Assembly (NCBI GenBank): GCA_029856085.1
Contig: JAHQWI010000184.1
Location: 2,972-66,971, forward strand
Source: Promethearchaeia archaeon
Lineage (GTDB): Archaea; Asgardarchaeota; Lokiarchaeia; Sigyniarchaeales; SOKP01
Reading direction: 5' to 3'
DNA: 64,000 nt
Every line of letters begins with the position of its first letter. The first letter of the stretch is position 1. Positions 18,761 through 28,783 of the stretch are shown piece by piece. The notes under the pieces are model-generated. The model worked only from the letters and a program-made list of their open reading frames with translations. It was not told where the DNA came from and made no database searches. The position numbers were made by a program, and so were the translations under genes.

Positions 18761-21700
18761 ATGCAAAATCCAGAAGAATTAGCTCAAGAAGCTTTAAAAT
18801 TTTTAGAACTAGCTCAAAAGTTTGAAGAAGAAAAAATGGCAGAAGAGGCAATCTCAAATTATCAAAAAGCAGTGGAATTTCTGAAAAAAAGCGGATATTT
18901 AATGCATAGAATTAATGAGATATATGAAAGAATAGAGGAATTGAAAGATTTCATAAAACAGAAAAAGTTATATCAACAGACTCAAATTAAGACTCAAGTA
19001 GAACAACTCCAAGACCAAGCATTTGCCTTATTAGAAGGGGCTAAAAAATTAGAATTTGATGGCTTTTTTGAAGATGCTATCCAACAATATTTATCGGCTA
19101 TTAATTTATTAAATCAATCTGGTTGGTCTGAAACTCAGTTAGAAAACTTAAGATTAAAAATAAAAGATCTTTCCGATACCTTAAAAAAGGAACAAGGTAT
19201 TCATCAAAAACAACAAAAAGAACTGACTCCTCCTGAGGAATATCTACAAAAAATAGAAGATATAAAACCTGAAGTTGTTGGTATGTTTGGGGAAACAGCA
19301 AGTAGAGAAAAAGCAGAATCTATAGCCCGATATAGATCTAGGAAGATGCAAGAGGAAGAAACACAAAATCATGCGTTTGCTCATATAGATAAAGCTAAAG
19401 AATTTGAAAAAGAAAGAAAATTCGATAAGGCAATATTGAATTATGAAAGCGCAATAGATTTATTAAATTCTATAGGGTGGGATGAACAAACTCAAAAAAT
19501 TAAGGTTATTATTGAGAAGCTTAAGAAAGACAAACAACAATTTGAAGACTTTCAACAAAAACAAGCTAGCATTGAAATAATAGGTAAAACAACAAGTGAA
19601 GAATCAATTGAAAAATCAGAAACAGAATTGGAAAAAGCTAAACTAATTGAATTTGAAGAAAAAAAGAAGAGAGAAGAAAATATTCAAGCAAGTGCGTTTA
19701 ACTTAATTAATATTGGAAAAAGATTCGAAAGGGAGAAAGATTATGAAAATGCCATTCAAAAATTTGAACAAGCCGTTGATTTATTCAAATCAATAGATTG
19801 GGATTCATATATTCAGCCTGTTATTAATTTAATAGAAGATATTAAAGCAAGGAAGGAAAGAGAACAAAGAGCAGGGCAATTAAAAGAAAAAAGACAAAAG
19901 GATATTACAATTCTTCAAAAATCTATATATAGAAAGCAAAAGGAAGAAATTTTTCAATCAGCAAAGGAATTGGATTTACGAAGACGACAATTTGAAGAAA
20001 AAAGAGAAGATGAAACAAAGAAGGAAAAACATTTTTTTACAATTTTAAGTAATGCTGATAGCATTTTACAGTCAAAAAATTATGAAGAGGCGATTAATGA
20101 ATATCAGGATGCTTTAAAACTTATAGAAGAATTGGGTCCTGGTTGGGAAACTTATGTTTCTAATATTAATAATACCATTTCAAATGTACAAAAATTGAAA
20201 AATTCACAACTAAAGAAAGAATATGAAGTTCAACAGAAACTAGAAAAAAGAGAAATTGAGGAATTGGAGTTTCAAAAACAAATTGCTAATCAATTAGATA
20301 AAGAGCGAGAGCATTTAAAACAAAAAGAAATTGTATTAAAAGATAAAGAAAAAGAAATAATATATTTAGAACAACGTAAAAATGTTGCATTTGAATCTTT
20401 AGATTCTGCTATAAATTATATAAACCAAGGGGATTATGATAATGCGATAATAGCTTACCAAAATGCAGGTAATATATTTGCTGAAATTCAATGGAAGGAT
20501 GAAATTCCTATAATAGAAAAGTCTATACTAAAAGTTGAAGAACTACGAAAAAACCAAAAAATTCTAAAACAAAAAAGAATGCAAGAAACGTTGGAAAGAC
20601 AGAAAGAAGATGAAGCATTCCAAAAACAGATTTCTCAATATTTAAAACAAGAACGTGAAAAATTAAAGAAAGGAGAAATAGAATTAAAAAAACGTGAGGA
20701 AGAACTAAAATATCGTGAAGAAAGAAGAGAAGCAGGATTTAAATTGCTTGAGCAAGCTCAAGATGAAGTAACCAAAGGAAATTTTGATAAAGCTATTGAG
20801 ATACTTCATTATACCACAAACTTCTTCGCTGAAGCTCAATGGCAAAATGAAATTAGTTTAATTCAAGATTCGATAATTGAAATTGAAAATAAAAAAAGAG
20901 AAGCAGAAATACAAGAGCAGATAAAATTACAAACAAAATTGGAAAGAGATAAGCAAGACAAAGCTTTTCAAAAGTTGGTAACATATGAGATTAAATCACG
21001 TCAAGAAAAACTAAAAAAACAAGAGATTATCGTTAGGGAACGCGAAAAAGAAATCGCATTTCGTGAGAAGAAAAAAGAAGAAGCGTTTAGTTTGCTAGAT
21101 GAAGCGAAAAAATTAGTATCTGTTAATAACTATGATGCTGTTCTTGAAATATATTATAGAGTATTAAACTTGTTTGCCCAGATTCAATGGAAAGAAGAAA
21201 TTTCAATATTAAAAGAAGCAATACAAGATATAGAGGAAAAGAGGAGGGAAGAAATACTTTTTAAACAGAAACAATTGCAAATAGCTGTTAAAAAAGAAGT
21301 AGATGATAAAGTTTTTATCGAAAAAATTAAATATCAGAGAGAAAGAGAAAAACAAGAAGCTCTTACAGATTTAGAATTTATTGAAAAGCAAAAGAAAATA
21401 TCTGCTCAGAATTTAACTAAACAACAGGAAGCTTTTATAATGATTGAAGGAGGAGAAAATCTACTTCAAGTTGAGAAATATGAGGAGGCTGCAAAAAATT
21501 ATCGGAAAGCAATAGAGATATTAAAAGAGATTGGCTGGGGAACGGATTATTTGAAATTATTAAAGGAAACAATATTCACAATACAATCTAGAAAATTAGA
21601 AAAAGAAAAAGAGACCCAAATTGAATTTGAATTAAAATTAAAACATCAAAAAGAAGAAGAACAATTTCAAAAGAAAATTTCTGGATATCTGAAAACAGAA

Positions 21701-24700
21701 CAAGAGCGAATTAAAGCAAAACAAATACAATTTCAAAAACGCGAAGAAATGTTAGATATTATTGAAACACGTAAATCAGAAGCTTTTAGTATGATGGATA
21801 AAGCAGAGAATTTATTAGACCAAGGTCAATATAACGAATCAATAGAACATTACAGGCAAGCTGAATTAAATTTAAATGAAATTGGTTTTCCAACTGATCT
21901 TATTAGAGAAACTATTCAAAAGATTCAAGAAAAAAGAAGAGAGGAAGAATTAAATAAATTTAAAGAATTAGAGATGAGTCTCAGAAAAGAACAAGAAGAT
22001 TTGGCATTTCAACAACAAATTTCTGAAAAAGTAAGACTGGAACAGGAAAAAATGAGAGCAAAGCAGGAGAAACTAAAGAAACAGGAGGAAATTAGGTTAT
22101 TAATCGAAAAGAAAGAAGAAAACGCATTTAATATATTAGAAAAAGCACAAACCAACATTGCTAAGGGAGAATTTGATAAAGCAATTGTTTTATATCAAGA
22201 AGCATCTGAGATTTTTACAGAAATTCATTGGGATGATGAAATTAAGTTAATTCAGAACTCAATCAGAGATGTTGCGAATAAAAAGCGTGAAGCTGAATTG
22301 AAAAAACAGAGAGAGTTAGAAGAAGCTTTAGAACATGAAAAACTTGAAAACGCGTTTCAAGAACAAATCGTAATAGAAATTACAAGTCAAAGAGAACAAA
22401 TAAAACAAAGAGAAATTGTCCTCAGAAAAAAAGAAAAAGAAATTGCTTATCGCGAGGAACAAAAGGAAATAGCGTTCAATTTATTAGATGAAGCTCAAGC
22501 TCTTCTCTCACAAGGAAAATATGATAACGCACTCAAATTATATAATAATGTTGCCAATATATTTGCTCAAATTCAATGGGTTGATGAGATTCCTATAATT
22601 CAAGAAGCAGTAAATGATATCAAGAAGATAAAAAGAGAAAAAGATATCATACAACAAAGAGAATTAGAAAAAGCAATAGAAGATGAAAAAGGTAATTATG
22701 CTTTTCTGGAGCAAATTAAAGTTCATAAAGAACGAGAAAAAGCAATGGCAATGAGGGAACTGGAATCAATAGAAATACAAAAAAAAGCAACAACTCATAA
22801 TTTAATAAAACAGCAAGAAGCATTTAAACAAATTGAAGAAGGGGATGAATTACTTAAACAAAATAACTTTGAAAACGCCTTAAACAAATATAATGAAGCT
22901 ATTACTATTTTAACCGAAATTGGGTGGACTGGGGCTTATTTAAAATTATTGAATGATACTATTAGTACAATCAAGAGTAGGAAAAGAGAATTAGAAGAAG
23001 CCAAAAGATTAAAACAGCAATTATCAATTAGACAACTAAAAGAAGAGGAAAAATTCCAGAAAAAGGTTTTCGAATCTATTCAGAGTGAAAAAGAGAGATT
23101 AAAAGAAAAAGAAATCCAAATTCAAAAACAAGAGGAATTACTAAAATTATTGGAAAAAAGAAAGTCAGAAGCATTTGAATTAATGCATGGTGCTGAAAAA
23201 ATTTTAAGTAAAGGTCAATATGAGCAAGCGATTGAAAAGTACCGTCAAGCAGAATTAATATTATATGAAATCGGATTTCCTACTGGAGCAGTTAAGGAAA
23301 TGATAAATAAAATTCAAGCGAAGAACAGAGAAGAAATCATTTCAAAGCAGAAAGATTTGGAGAATATGTTAAGAAAAGAAAGCGAAGAACTTCAGTTTCA
23401 GAGAAAAATCGCTGAAAGTATACAAATAAATGAAATGAAGATGAAAACTAACCAGAAAGAATTTGAAAGACAAAGGGAATATTATGAGTACATGGAGAAA
23501 AGAAAGAATGAAGCTTTTGAACTCCTTGAAGAAGCAGAAATCTATATGAACCAAGCTCAATATGATAAATCTCTTGAATATTATCGTTCTGCTGAAATTT
23601 TACTAAATGAAATAGCCTTCCCAACTGAAGCTATTCGAGAAATGATTCAAAAAGTTCAAGAAAAGAAAAAAGGACATCAACTACAGAAACAAAAAGAACT
23701 AGAGCTAAAACTTCTAAAGGAAAGGGAAGAATGGGAGTTTCAGCACAACATTACCGAACAATTTAAAGAAGAAACAGAAAGATTACAAGTAAAACAAGTA
23801 CAAATTGAGGAAATGGAAAATTTGAAAGCAAAGCTTGAAAATAGAAAACAAGATGCTTTTAAGATTTTGGATGATGCAGAGGATTCATTAAAAAGATTTG
23901 AATATGAGAAAGCAATTGAAAGTTACAGAAGAGCAGAATTAATTTTAAATGAATTGCGTTTCCCGACGGATTCGATTAAGAGTATGGTAATGAAGGTTAG
24001 ACAAGTAATAAAGCAAAAGGAAGAAATACAAGAATTACAATTTCAAAGAGAACTAGAAAAAGTACAGGAAGAAAAAGATTTACAATTGCTTATTGAAGAA
24101 AGGCAAAGACAAGAAAGAGAAAAGAAAAAAGCCCAACTATTAGCACTTCAAGAAAGAGAAAGAATCATTCAAGAACAAATGAGTATAAGAGAATCTGCTT
24201 ATTCTATGTTAGAAGAAGCAGGGAAGTATCTGAAACAATTAATCCCCGACTACAATAAAGCTATTTCTTTATATGTTCAATCTAGGAATCTTTTAGCAGA
24301 AAATATAGGATGGGATCTTGAAATAAATAATTTAAATGCCTTGATCAAGGATTTACAGCAAGAGCAGGTTAATTATCAAGAAAAAAAACGATTAGAGGAA
24401 CAAGCGCGAGTCCAAAGACAGAAAGAATATGAATTATTCCAAGAAGAAGTTAAAGCAAGAAGATTAGAACAAGAAAAGCTAAAGAGAGAACAAGAAAGGC
24501 AATATAGGGAACTAATTCTAAGCAAACGTAGAATAGATGAAATTAAAGATGAGGGATTAAAATTAATAGATGAAGGTAAAAAGTGGGGAGCATATCATGA
24601 CTTTAAGAGAGCGTATCAAAATTTTGAGATGGCAAAAGGAAAGTTCAAGGATATTGGTTGGCTTGAAGAAATAAAATATATTGAAACTGAAATAAAAAAT

Positions 24701-25123
24701 ACGAAAGCTCTTGAAGAAAGAGTTGAAGGTGAGGAATTAAAAATCCAAAATCTTCAAGATCAATTAGAGAAGCAGAGAGTATTAGAAGAAAGTCGCAGAA
24801 AAACAGAAGAAGCGCAATTGAGAGAAACTGTTGGAGACGTTAGTAATCTAGCTAATGAGGTTATTAATTTAATTGAAGAAAGGAGAAAACAACAAGAAAT
24901 AACAGATACACAGAAAAAAGAGGAGATAAAGTATGAAGCAAAAGAATTTAGACGAATGATGGGAGATATAATAAAGATAAAAGAAGAGCTAATTAAAGAA
25001 TTAGAAACAAAAGAAATTGAAAAACGAGATTTCCAAGAAAAATTACAAAGGGCTAAAGAGAGAGAAGAAATAGATAATTTAAAAAGGATAATTAAAGAAG
25101 CGGGGAAAAAGGAAAAAAAATAA
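18761..25123 (+). CDS. Giant (2120 aa) repeat protein: about 18 MIT/TPR-like three-helix units separated by K/E/Q/R-rich coiled-coil linkers
   Basis: A single uninterrupted ORF. The recurring unit is AF-x-LL-x-x-A-x(5-7)-G-x-Y(F)-D/E-x-A-I-x-x-Y-x-x-A-x-x-I/L-F/L-x-E-I-(Q/G)-W (or G-F-P-T), about every 115 aa. Confidence 0.85.
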   Translation: MQNPEELAQEALKFLELAQKFEEEKMAEEAISNYQKAVEFLKKSGYLMHRINEIYERIEELKDFIKQKKLYQQTQIKTQVEQLQDQAFALLEGAKKLEFDGFFEDAIQQYLSAINLLNQSGWSETQLENLRLKIKDLSDTLKKEQGIHQKQQKELTPPEEYLQKIEDIKPEVVGMFGETASREKAESIARYRSRKMQEEETQNHAFAHIDKAKEFEKERKFDKAILNYESAIDLLNSIGWDEQTQKIKVIIEKLKKDKQQFEDFQQKQASIEIIGKTTSEESIEKSETELEKAKLIEFEEKKKREENIQASAFNLINIGKRFEREKDYENAIQKFEQAVDLFKSIDWDSYIQPVINLIEDIKARKEREQRAGQLKEKRQKDITILQKSIYRKQKEEIFQSAKELDLRRRQFEEKREDETKKEKHFFTILSNADSILQSKNYEEAINEYQDALKLIEELGPGWETYVSNINNTISNVQKLKNSQLKKEYEVQQKLEKREIEELEFQKQIANQLDKEREHLKQKEIVLKDKEKEIIYLEQRKNVAFESLDSAINYINQGDYDNAIIAYQNAGNIFAEIQWKDEIPIIEKSILKVEELRKNQKILKQKRMQETLERQKEDEAFQKQISQYLKQEREKLKKGEIELKKREEELKYREERREAGFKLLEQAQDEVTKGNFDKAIEILHYTTNFFAEAQWQNEISLIQDSIIEIENKKREAEIQEQIKLQTKLERDKQDKAFQKLVTYEIKSRQEKLKKQEIIVREREKEIAFREKKKEEAFSLLDEAKKLVSVNNYDAVLEIYYRVLNLFAQIQWKEEISILKEAIQDIEEKRREEILFKQKQLQIAVKKEVDDKVFIEKIKYQREREKQEALTDLEFIEKQKKISAQNLTKQQEAFIMIEGGENLLQVEKYEEAAKNYRKAIEILKEIGWGTDYLKLLKETIFTIQSRKLEKEKETQIEFELKLKHQKEEEQFQKKISGYLKTEQERIKAKQIQFQKREEMLDIIETRKSEAFSMMDKAENLLDQGQYNESIEHYRQAELNLNEIGFPTDLIRETIQKIQEKRREEELNKFKELEMSLRKEQEDLAFQQQISEKVRLEQEKMRAKQEKLKKQEEIRLLIEKKEENAFNILEKAQTNIAKGEFDKAIVLYQEASEIFTEIHWDDEIKLIQNSIRDVANKKREAELKKQRELEEALEHEKLENAFQEQIVIEITSQREQIKQREIVLRKKEKEIAYREEQKEIAFNLLDEAQALLSQGKYDNALKLYNNVANIFAQIQWVDEIPIIQEAVNDIKKIKREKDIIQQRELEKAIEDEKGNYAFLEQIKVHKEREKAMAMRELESIEIQKKATTHNLIKQQEAFKQIEEGDELLKQNNFENALNKYNEAITILTEIGWTGAYLKLLNDTISTIKSRKRELEEAKRLKQQLSIRQLKEEEKFQKKVFESIQSEKERLKEKEIQIQKQEELLKLLEKRKSEAFELMHGAEKILSKGQYEQAIEKYRQAELILYEIGFPTGAVKEMINKIQAKNREEIISKQKDLENMLRKESEELQFQRKIAESIQINEMKMKTNQKEFERQREYYEYMEKRKNEAFELLEEAEIYMNQAQYDKSLEYYRSAEILLNEIAFPTEAIREMIQKVQEKKKGHQLQKQKELELKLLKEREEWEFQHNITEQFKEETERLQVKQVQIEEMENLKAKLENRKQDAFKILDDAEDSLKRFEYEKAIESYRRAELILNELRFPTDSIKSMVMKVRQVIKQKEEIQELQFQRELEKVQEEKDLQLLIEERQRQEREKKKAQLLALQERERIIQEQMSIRESAYSMLEEAGKYLKQLIPDYNKAISLYVQSRNLLAENIGWDLEINNLNALIKDLQQEQVNYQEKKRLEEQARVQRQKEYELFQEEVKARRLEQEKLKREQERQYRELILSKRRIDEIKDEGLKLIDEGKKWGAYHDFKRAYQNFEMAKGKFKDIGWLEEIKYIETEIKNTKALEERVEGEELKIQNLQDQLEKQRVLEESRRKTEEAQLRETVGDVSNLANEVINLIEERRKQQEITDTQKKEEIKYEAKEFRRMMGDIIKIKEELIKELETKEIEKRDFQEKLQRAKEREEIDNLKRIIKEAGKKEKK
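20640..23430 (+). repeat. Tandem ~1.39-kb (about 462 aa, four-unit) super-repeat inside the giant ORF
   Basis: Units 7-10 match units 11-14 one-to-one. Examples: NLTKQQEAFIMIEGGENLL..EIGWGTDYLKLLKETIFTIQSRK versus NLIKQQEAFKQIEEGDELL..EIGWTGAYLKLLNDTISTIKSRK, and EIGFPTDLIRETIQKIQEK versus EIGFPTGAVKEMINKIQAK. The offset between matching motifs is ~1386-1390 nt. Boundaries are approximate. Confidence 0.6.
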
Positions 25124-25245
25124 TAATTGATTTTATTGTCTATTAACATTCAAATTTTAGATATTGTTATTTCCTTATACTTAAACTAATCAACTGAAAG
25201 AGTTTATATTTAGATGATTAAATTATAATAGTATATTCGTAAAAA

Positions 25246-26874
25246 ATGAGGATATTTGGAATGACTGAAAAAATTGAAGATGTTGTTAAGGCACGTATGT
25301 ATGCTCGACAACAGCTTATTGACGGATGGGATCAAGACATCATAAATGAAGGATGTATTATAATCATCGGAGTAGGCGCGTTAAGAATATTATAATTAAT
25401 AAATTTCGCGAATGGCTGTGAAATCGCTAAAGATTTCGCTCTGATGGGTATAGGTAAATTAATATTAGTTGATCTTGATACAATTGAAACGTCTAACTTG
25501 TCTCGTCAAATGCTATTTAGACCTGGAGATGAGGGACGCCCAAAAGCAGAAGTCGCAGCTGAACGACTAAAAGAAATGAATCCGTATTTAAATATTGATT
25601 TTTACTTTGAAAAACTCCAAAAGTTGTCGATGTCAGTTTATGAAGAATCAGACGTAGTTGTCGCTGCTTTAGATAACTTTAATGCAAGATTAGATTTGAA
25701 CAAAATCTGCCTTAGAATGAAAAAACCCATGGTTGAGGGAGGTACAGTAGGTTTTGAAGGACATGTGCAAATCGTAATTCCTGAAGGTACAGGATTAAGA
25801 TATAAAAATAAAAAAAATGAAATTGAAAATTTAGTAGAAGCAAGACTTTGGGAAATAACGGATACTGAATATCCTGATTATTATAGGGCTCAAAGAGAAA
25901 TTGAATTATTAGAAGAGGAAATTGAACGAATAAAGAATGCAAGAATCTATCCTATAGTCAATAAAATAAAAAAAGAAATTGAATTGGTTTTTGATTGGAA
26001 ATATGCCCCTGAGTTTTTAGACCAAACACCATGTTATAGATGTTTAGTTCCAATTCCTCCTGCTGATGATAAATTAGTAGCTGCGTGCACTTTAAAAGGG
26101 TTACCCCGTAATAGAAATCATTGTGTTATCAAAGCTGAAGTCGAATTTGAAAAAAAATACAGTCATAAGCCAGATCTCAATTTAAATGATGAAGTTCTTA
26201 AGTTAATGGAGATTGCCCAAGTAGAATTAGAAAATCTAAGAGAAAGAGTATTTAATGAGAATGTTCCTTCAGAAGAGAGGGATTCTTTAACCAAAGAACA
26301 AATTGAAGATTGGAAAAAAAATATTAGAGAGACATTCGGACCAGATTATAAGTTTGAGGAAATGGAAAATATTTTGGGAAATAAAATAGCTGCGATACAA
26401 ACTGTTAGTTCTATTATCTCTAGTATTCAATCTCAAGAAGCGTTAAAACTTTTATTCAGAGTTAATGGAAGAAATATTGGACCCCCAATGGATCCTCCGT
26501 ATGTCAATTATAATGGTATCTATGGTCAATTTGATCACTTAAATATCCTAAAAAGAGATGATTGCCTTGCTTGCGGAAAAATAGAAGGAGAAGAAAATGT
26601 TCAAATTGTAGTTCCTTTTGATGCGAATGTAGGTTATATATTTGAAGCAATGGAAATTTCAGGACATATGTTAGATTCAGAATTATGGATGATTACGAAT
26701 CCTATGACTAAAGAAATCTATTGGAATCCATATATGCCTTCATTGAAAGACCCAGAGGTAAAACTGACTTCTCTAAAAATAAAGAGCAATGATATAGTTA
26801 CGCTGAGTCCGTTAGGAAAGGCATTAGCAGAATCAGAAATAAAAAAGTTTAATGTCGTAATCGCTTTTATGTAG
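25246..26874 (+). CDS. Ubiquitin-activating E1-like enzyme (ThiF/MoeB/UBA fold), interrupted in its GxGxxG loop by a 30-nt stop-containing insert (putative BHB intron)
   Basis: The upstream piece reads M(RIFGM)TEKIEDVVKARMYARQQLIDGWDQDIINEGCIIIIGVGA. It continues in the same frame after the insert as GCEIAKDFALMGIGKLILVDLDTIETSNLSRQMLFR. The zinc motifs PCYRC and CLACG are present. In-frame TAA at 25393-95. Confidence 0.8.
25383..25412 (+). other. Putative BHB-type intron in the E1-like gene (30 nt)
   Basis: A 4-bp helix CGCG(25377-80)/CGCG(25407-10) is flanked by 3-nt bulges UUA(25381-83) and AAU(25411-13). Cutting after the 2nd bulge nucleotide joins GCG UU|U GGC to give GVGAFGCE, in frame and with the stop removed. 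No convincing outer helix was found. Confidence 0.5.
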
Positions 26875-26894
26875 AATTTATTTCTTATATTTCT

Positions 26895-27500
26895 TTACAG
26901 GTTTCTTTTTTTTACTAAATTTATTAAATCGTCTATTAAGTATGCATCAATTCCAGCATTTTCTCCTGTCAAAAGGTCATTTTCTAAATCTCCGAAATAC
27001 ACCATTTCTTCTTTTTTTATCTTGAAATAATTTTGAATTTTTATAAGTCCCTCTGGAGCGGGTTTCCATTTCCTCACATCTTCCCTACCTATAATAAGTT
27101 CTATTTTATCATGTATGTTAGCTAATACTAAAGCCTGGATTATTGTATCTCTAACATTAAGTGATAGAATTGCAAATTTAGCATTATTTTTTACACCAAA
27201 TAACTCCTTGCTTTTTATGAAAAAAATTGTCTCCTCTATTAGCTGGGTATCTCTTATATTTTCTAGCTCATAATGCCGTATTACGCCAAAGAAATTCTCT
27301 AAAATATTTTCGTCATTTTTCTCTACTATTTTTTCTAAACATATTGAAATCCTTTTAAAATCACATTGTTCTTTATATATTTCTCTATATTTCTCAACTA
27401 AATTCTCTTTTAAAGCCATCCAATCCACTATTAAATTAACGATAGTACCATCAAGATCAAAAATTATGACTTTCTTTTCTGTAAATGAGATATTGTTCAT
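26895..27500 (-). CDS. HAD-superfamily hydrolase (phosphatase-like)
   Basis: Motif I IIFDLDGTIV and a C-terminal GD-x-x-x-D (YFGDLENDLL). Confidence 0.75.
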   Translation of the reverse strand: MNNISFTEKKVIIFDLDGTIVNLIVDWMALKENLVEKYREIYKEQCDFKRISICLEKIVEKNDENILENFFGVIRHYELENIRDTQLIEETIFFIKSKELFGVKNNAKFAILSLNVRDTIIQALVLANIHDKIELIIGREDVRKWKPAPEGLIKIQNYFKIKKEEMVYFGDLENDLLTGENAGIDAYLIDDLINLVKKRNL

Positions 27501-27528
27501 GGCTTTTCTCCTAAGAATTCAGAATCTT

Positions 27529-28401
27529 TTATATTTGCCTATAAAACAGTACTTGGTACCCAACTTTATGAAAAGGACATTTCTCTATACATACAGAACA
27601 TCCAGTCGTTTCATAGAAATATTCAAAACATTTTTTACTATCTATGCGTGTTACTGTTCCATTTTCATTAACAACTGGTTCATCCAAAATAGCATTGACA
27701 GGACAAAAATTAATACACCTTCTACATTTCTCACAAAACTTAGAAATTTCAAATTCTTCATGCTTATTTTCTGGCAGTGGCCCTGCTTTTATTGAGATCA
27801 ATGATAATCTTTGTCTTGGCCCAAATTTCTTTGTGATCAAGAGCCCCTGACTGCCTATTTCCCCCATATTCGCCTTAACTGCCATGGCAGGATAAAGAAT
27901 TGGTCCACCTAAGGGGTGACAAGCGATTGCTCTATAGCCTTTAGAACGAATGAAATCTGCAAGCTGATTTGTAGCCTCTCCTAATTCTGCATATATCCTT
28001 AAAGACTCTAAACCCGCAGGAGGATTAGGGGCAGTATTAATGGCATCATAATCCATTTCCATCCCCAATACAATTCCATTTTCATATAATAACTCAATAG
28101 CACCTATATAATCATTCTCAAAAATTAGATTTTCATCAATAGGAGCAAACCCAATAAGATCGATTCCTAATGACTTAGCCATCTGATTAATTTCATCCCA
28201 CAATTCTTCTGGGGCTGTTTTTATTTCTTGGGGTAGATCTTTGATCTCATTTTTATAATCTCTTCTAGCTTTTTGGATCCCCTTAAACATTTTTGGGATT
28301 ATTTTTGAAGCGTCTTCTGCTAAGTGCTCCTGAAATGAAGAGATTTTAAATTTAGTGTTGTCAATAAACTTCGCTTTTAATCCTTTTGATTTTTTAATCA
28401 A
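27529..28401 (-). CDS. 4Fe-4S dicluster protein of the QueG / reductive-dehalogenase-like family
   Basis: C-terminal CEKCRRCINFCP and CSVCIEKCP ferredoxin motifs follow a ~200-aa N-terminal domain. Confidence 0.45.
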   Translation of the reverse strand: MIKKSKGLKAKFIDNTKFKISSFQEHLAEDASKIIPKMFKGIQKARRDYKNEIKDLPQEIKTAPEELWDEINQMAKSLGIDLIGFAPIDENLIFENDYIGAIELLYENGIVLGMEMDYDAINTAPNPPAGLESLRIYAELGEATNQLADFIRSKGYRAIACHPLGGPILYPAMAVKANMGEIGSQGLLITKKFGPRQRLSLISIKAGPLPENKHEEFEISKFCEKCRRCINFCPVNAILDEPVVNENGTVTRIDSKKCFEYFYETTGCSVCIEKCPFHKVGYQVLFYRQI

Positions 28402-28520
28402 TCAAACCACTATTAGATTAAGTAGTTAGGTTAATCCATTTATCATTTTAAATATTTGGATTATGATTTTAAGAAAAATGGTATAAAATTACAATAAAAT
28501 TGACAAATGAGCGAAAAAAG

Positions 28521-28657
28521 TTTTTCGATTTGGAAAAAGATCCTTTTGAATTCGAGAACTTAGCTGACTCGAGTCAGCATAAAAGCCTTCGGAACGAACT
28601 GGAAAAACTGTTGGAGCGCTGGAATGCAGAAACTCCATGGCAGGCTTCAGATTCCTG
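28521..28657 (+). pseudogene. Relic 3' fragment of a sulfatase gene
   Basis: It translates to FFDLEKDPFEFENLADSSQHKSLRNELEKLLERWNAETPWQASDS*, the typical sulfatase C-terminal LYDLxxDPxExxNLA region. No upstream sulfatase body is present. It is visibly more GC-rich than its flanks. Confidence 0.6.
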
Positions 28658-28783
28658 ACCGTGGTTGACTATTGCTATTCAAGAATATGAAACTTTTTGA
28701 AGTTATTATCTATATAGAAATTCATAAAATTAAAAATTAAATATATGATTGCTAATGTTATAAGCTTATTATAAAAATATTTT

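Noticed and set aside
25246-25395. The N-terminal 45-codon E1 fragment treated as an independent small gene (naturally split E1).
   Set aside because: The break falls in the middle of the GxGxxG loop, with both halves in the same frame and a BHB-compatible helix exactly at the junctions. Splicing or a pseudogene explains this better than two functional polypeptides.
28507-28563. Short ORF MSEKSFSIWKKILLNSRT* at the start of the GC-rich patch.
   Set aside because: It overlaps, in another frame, the segment that translates cleanly as a sulfatase C-terminus. The sulfatase-relic reading explains the sequence better.
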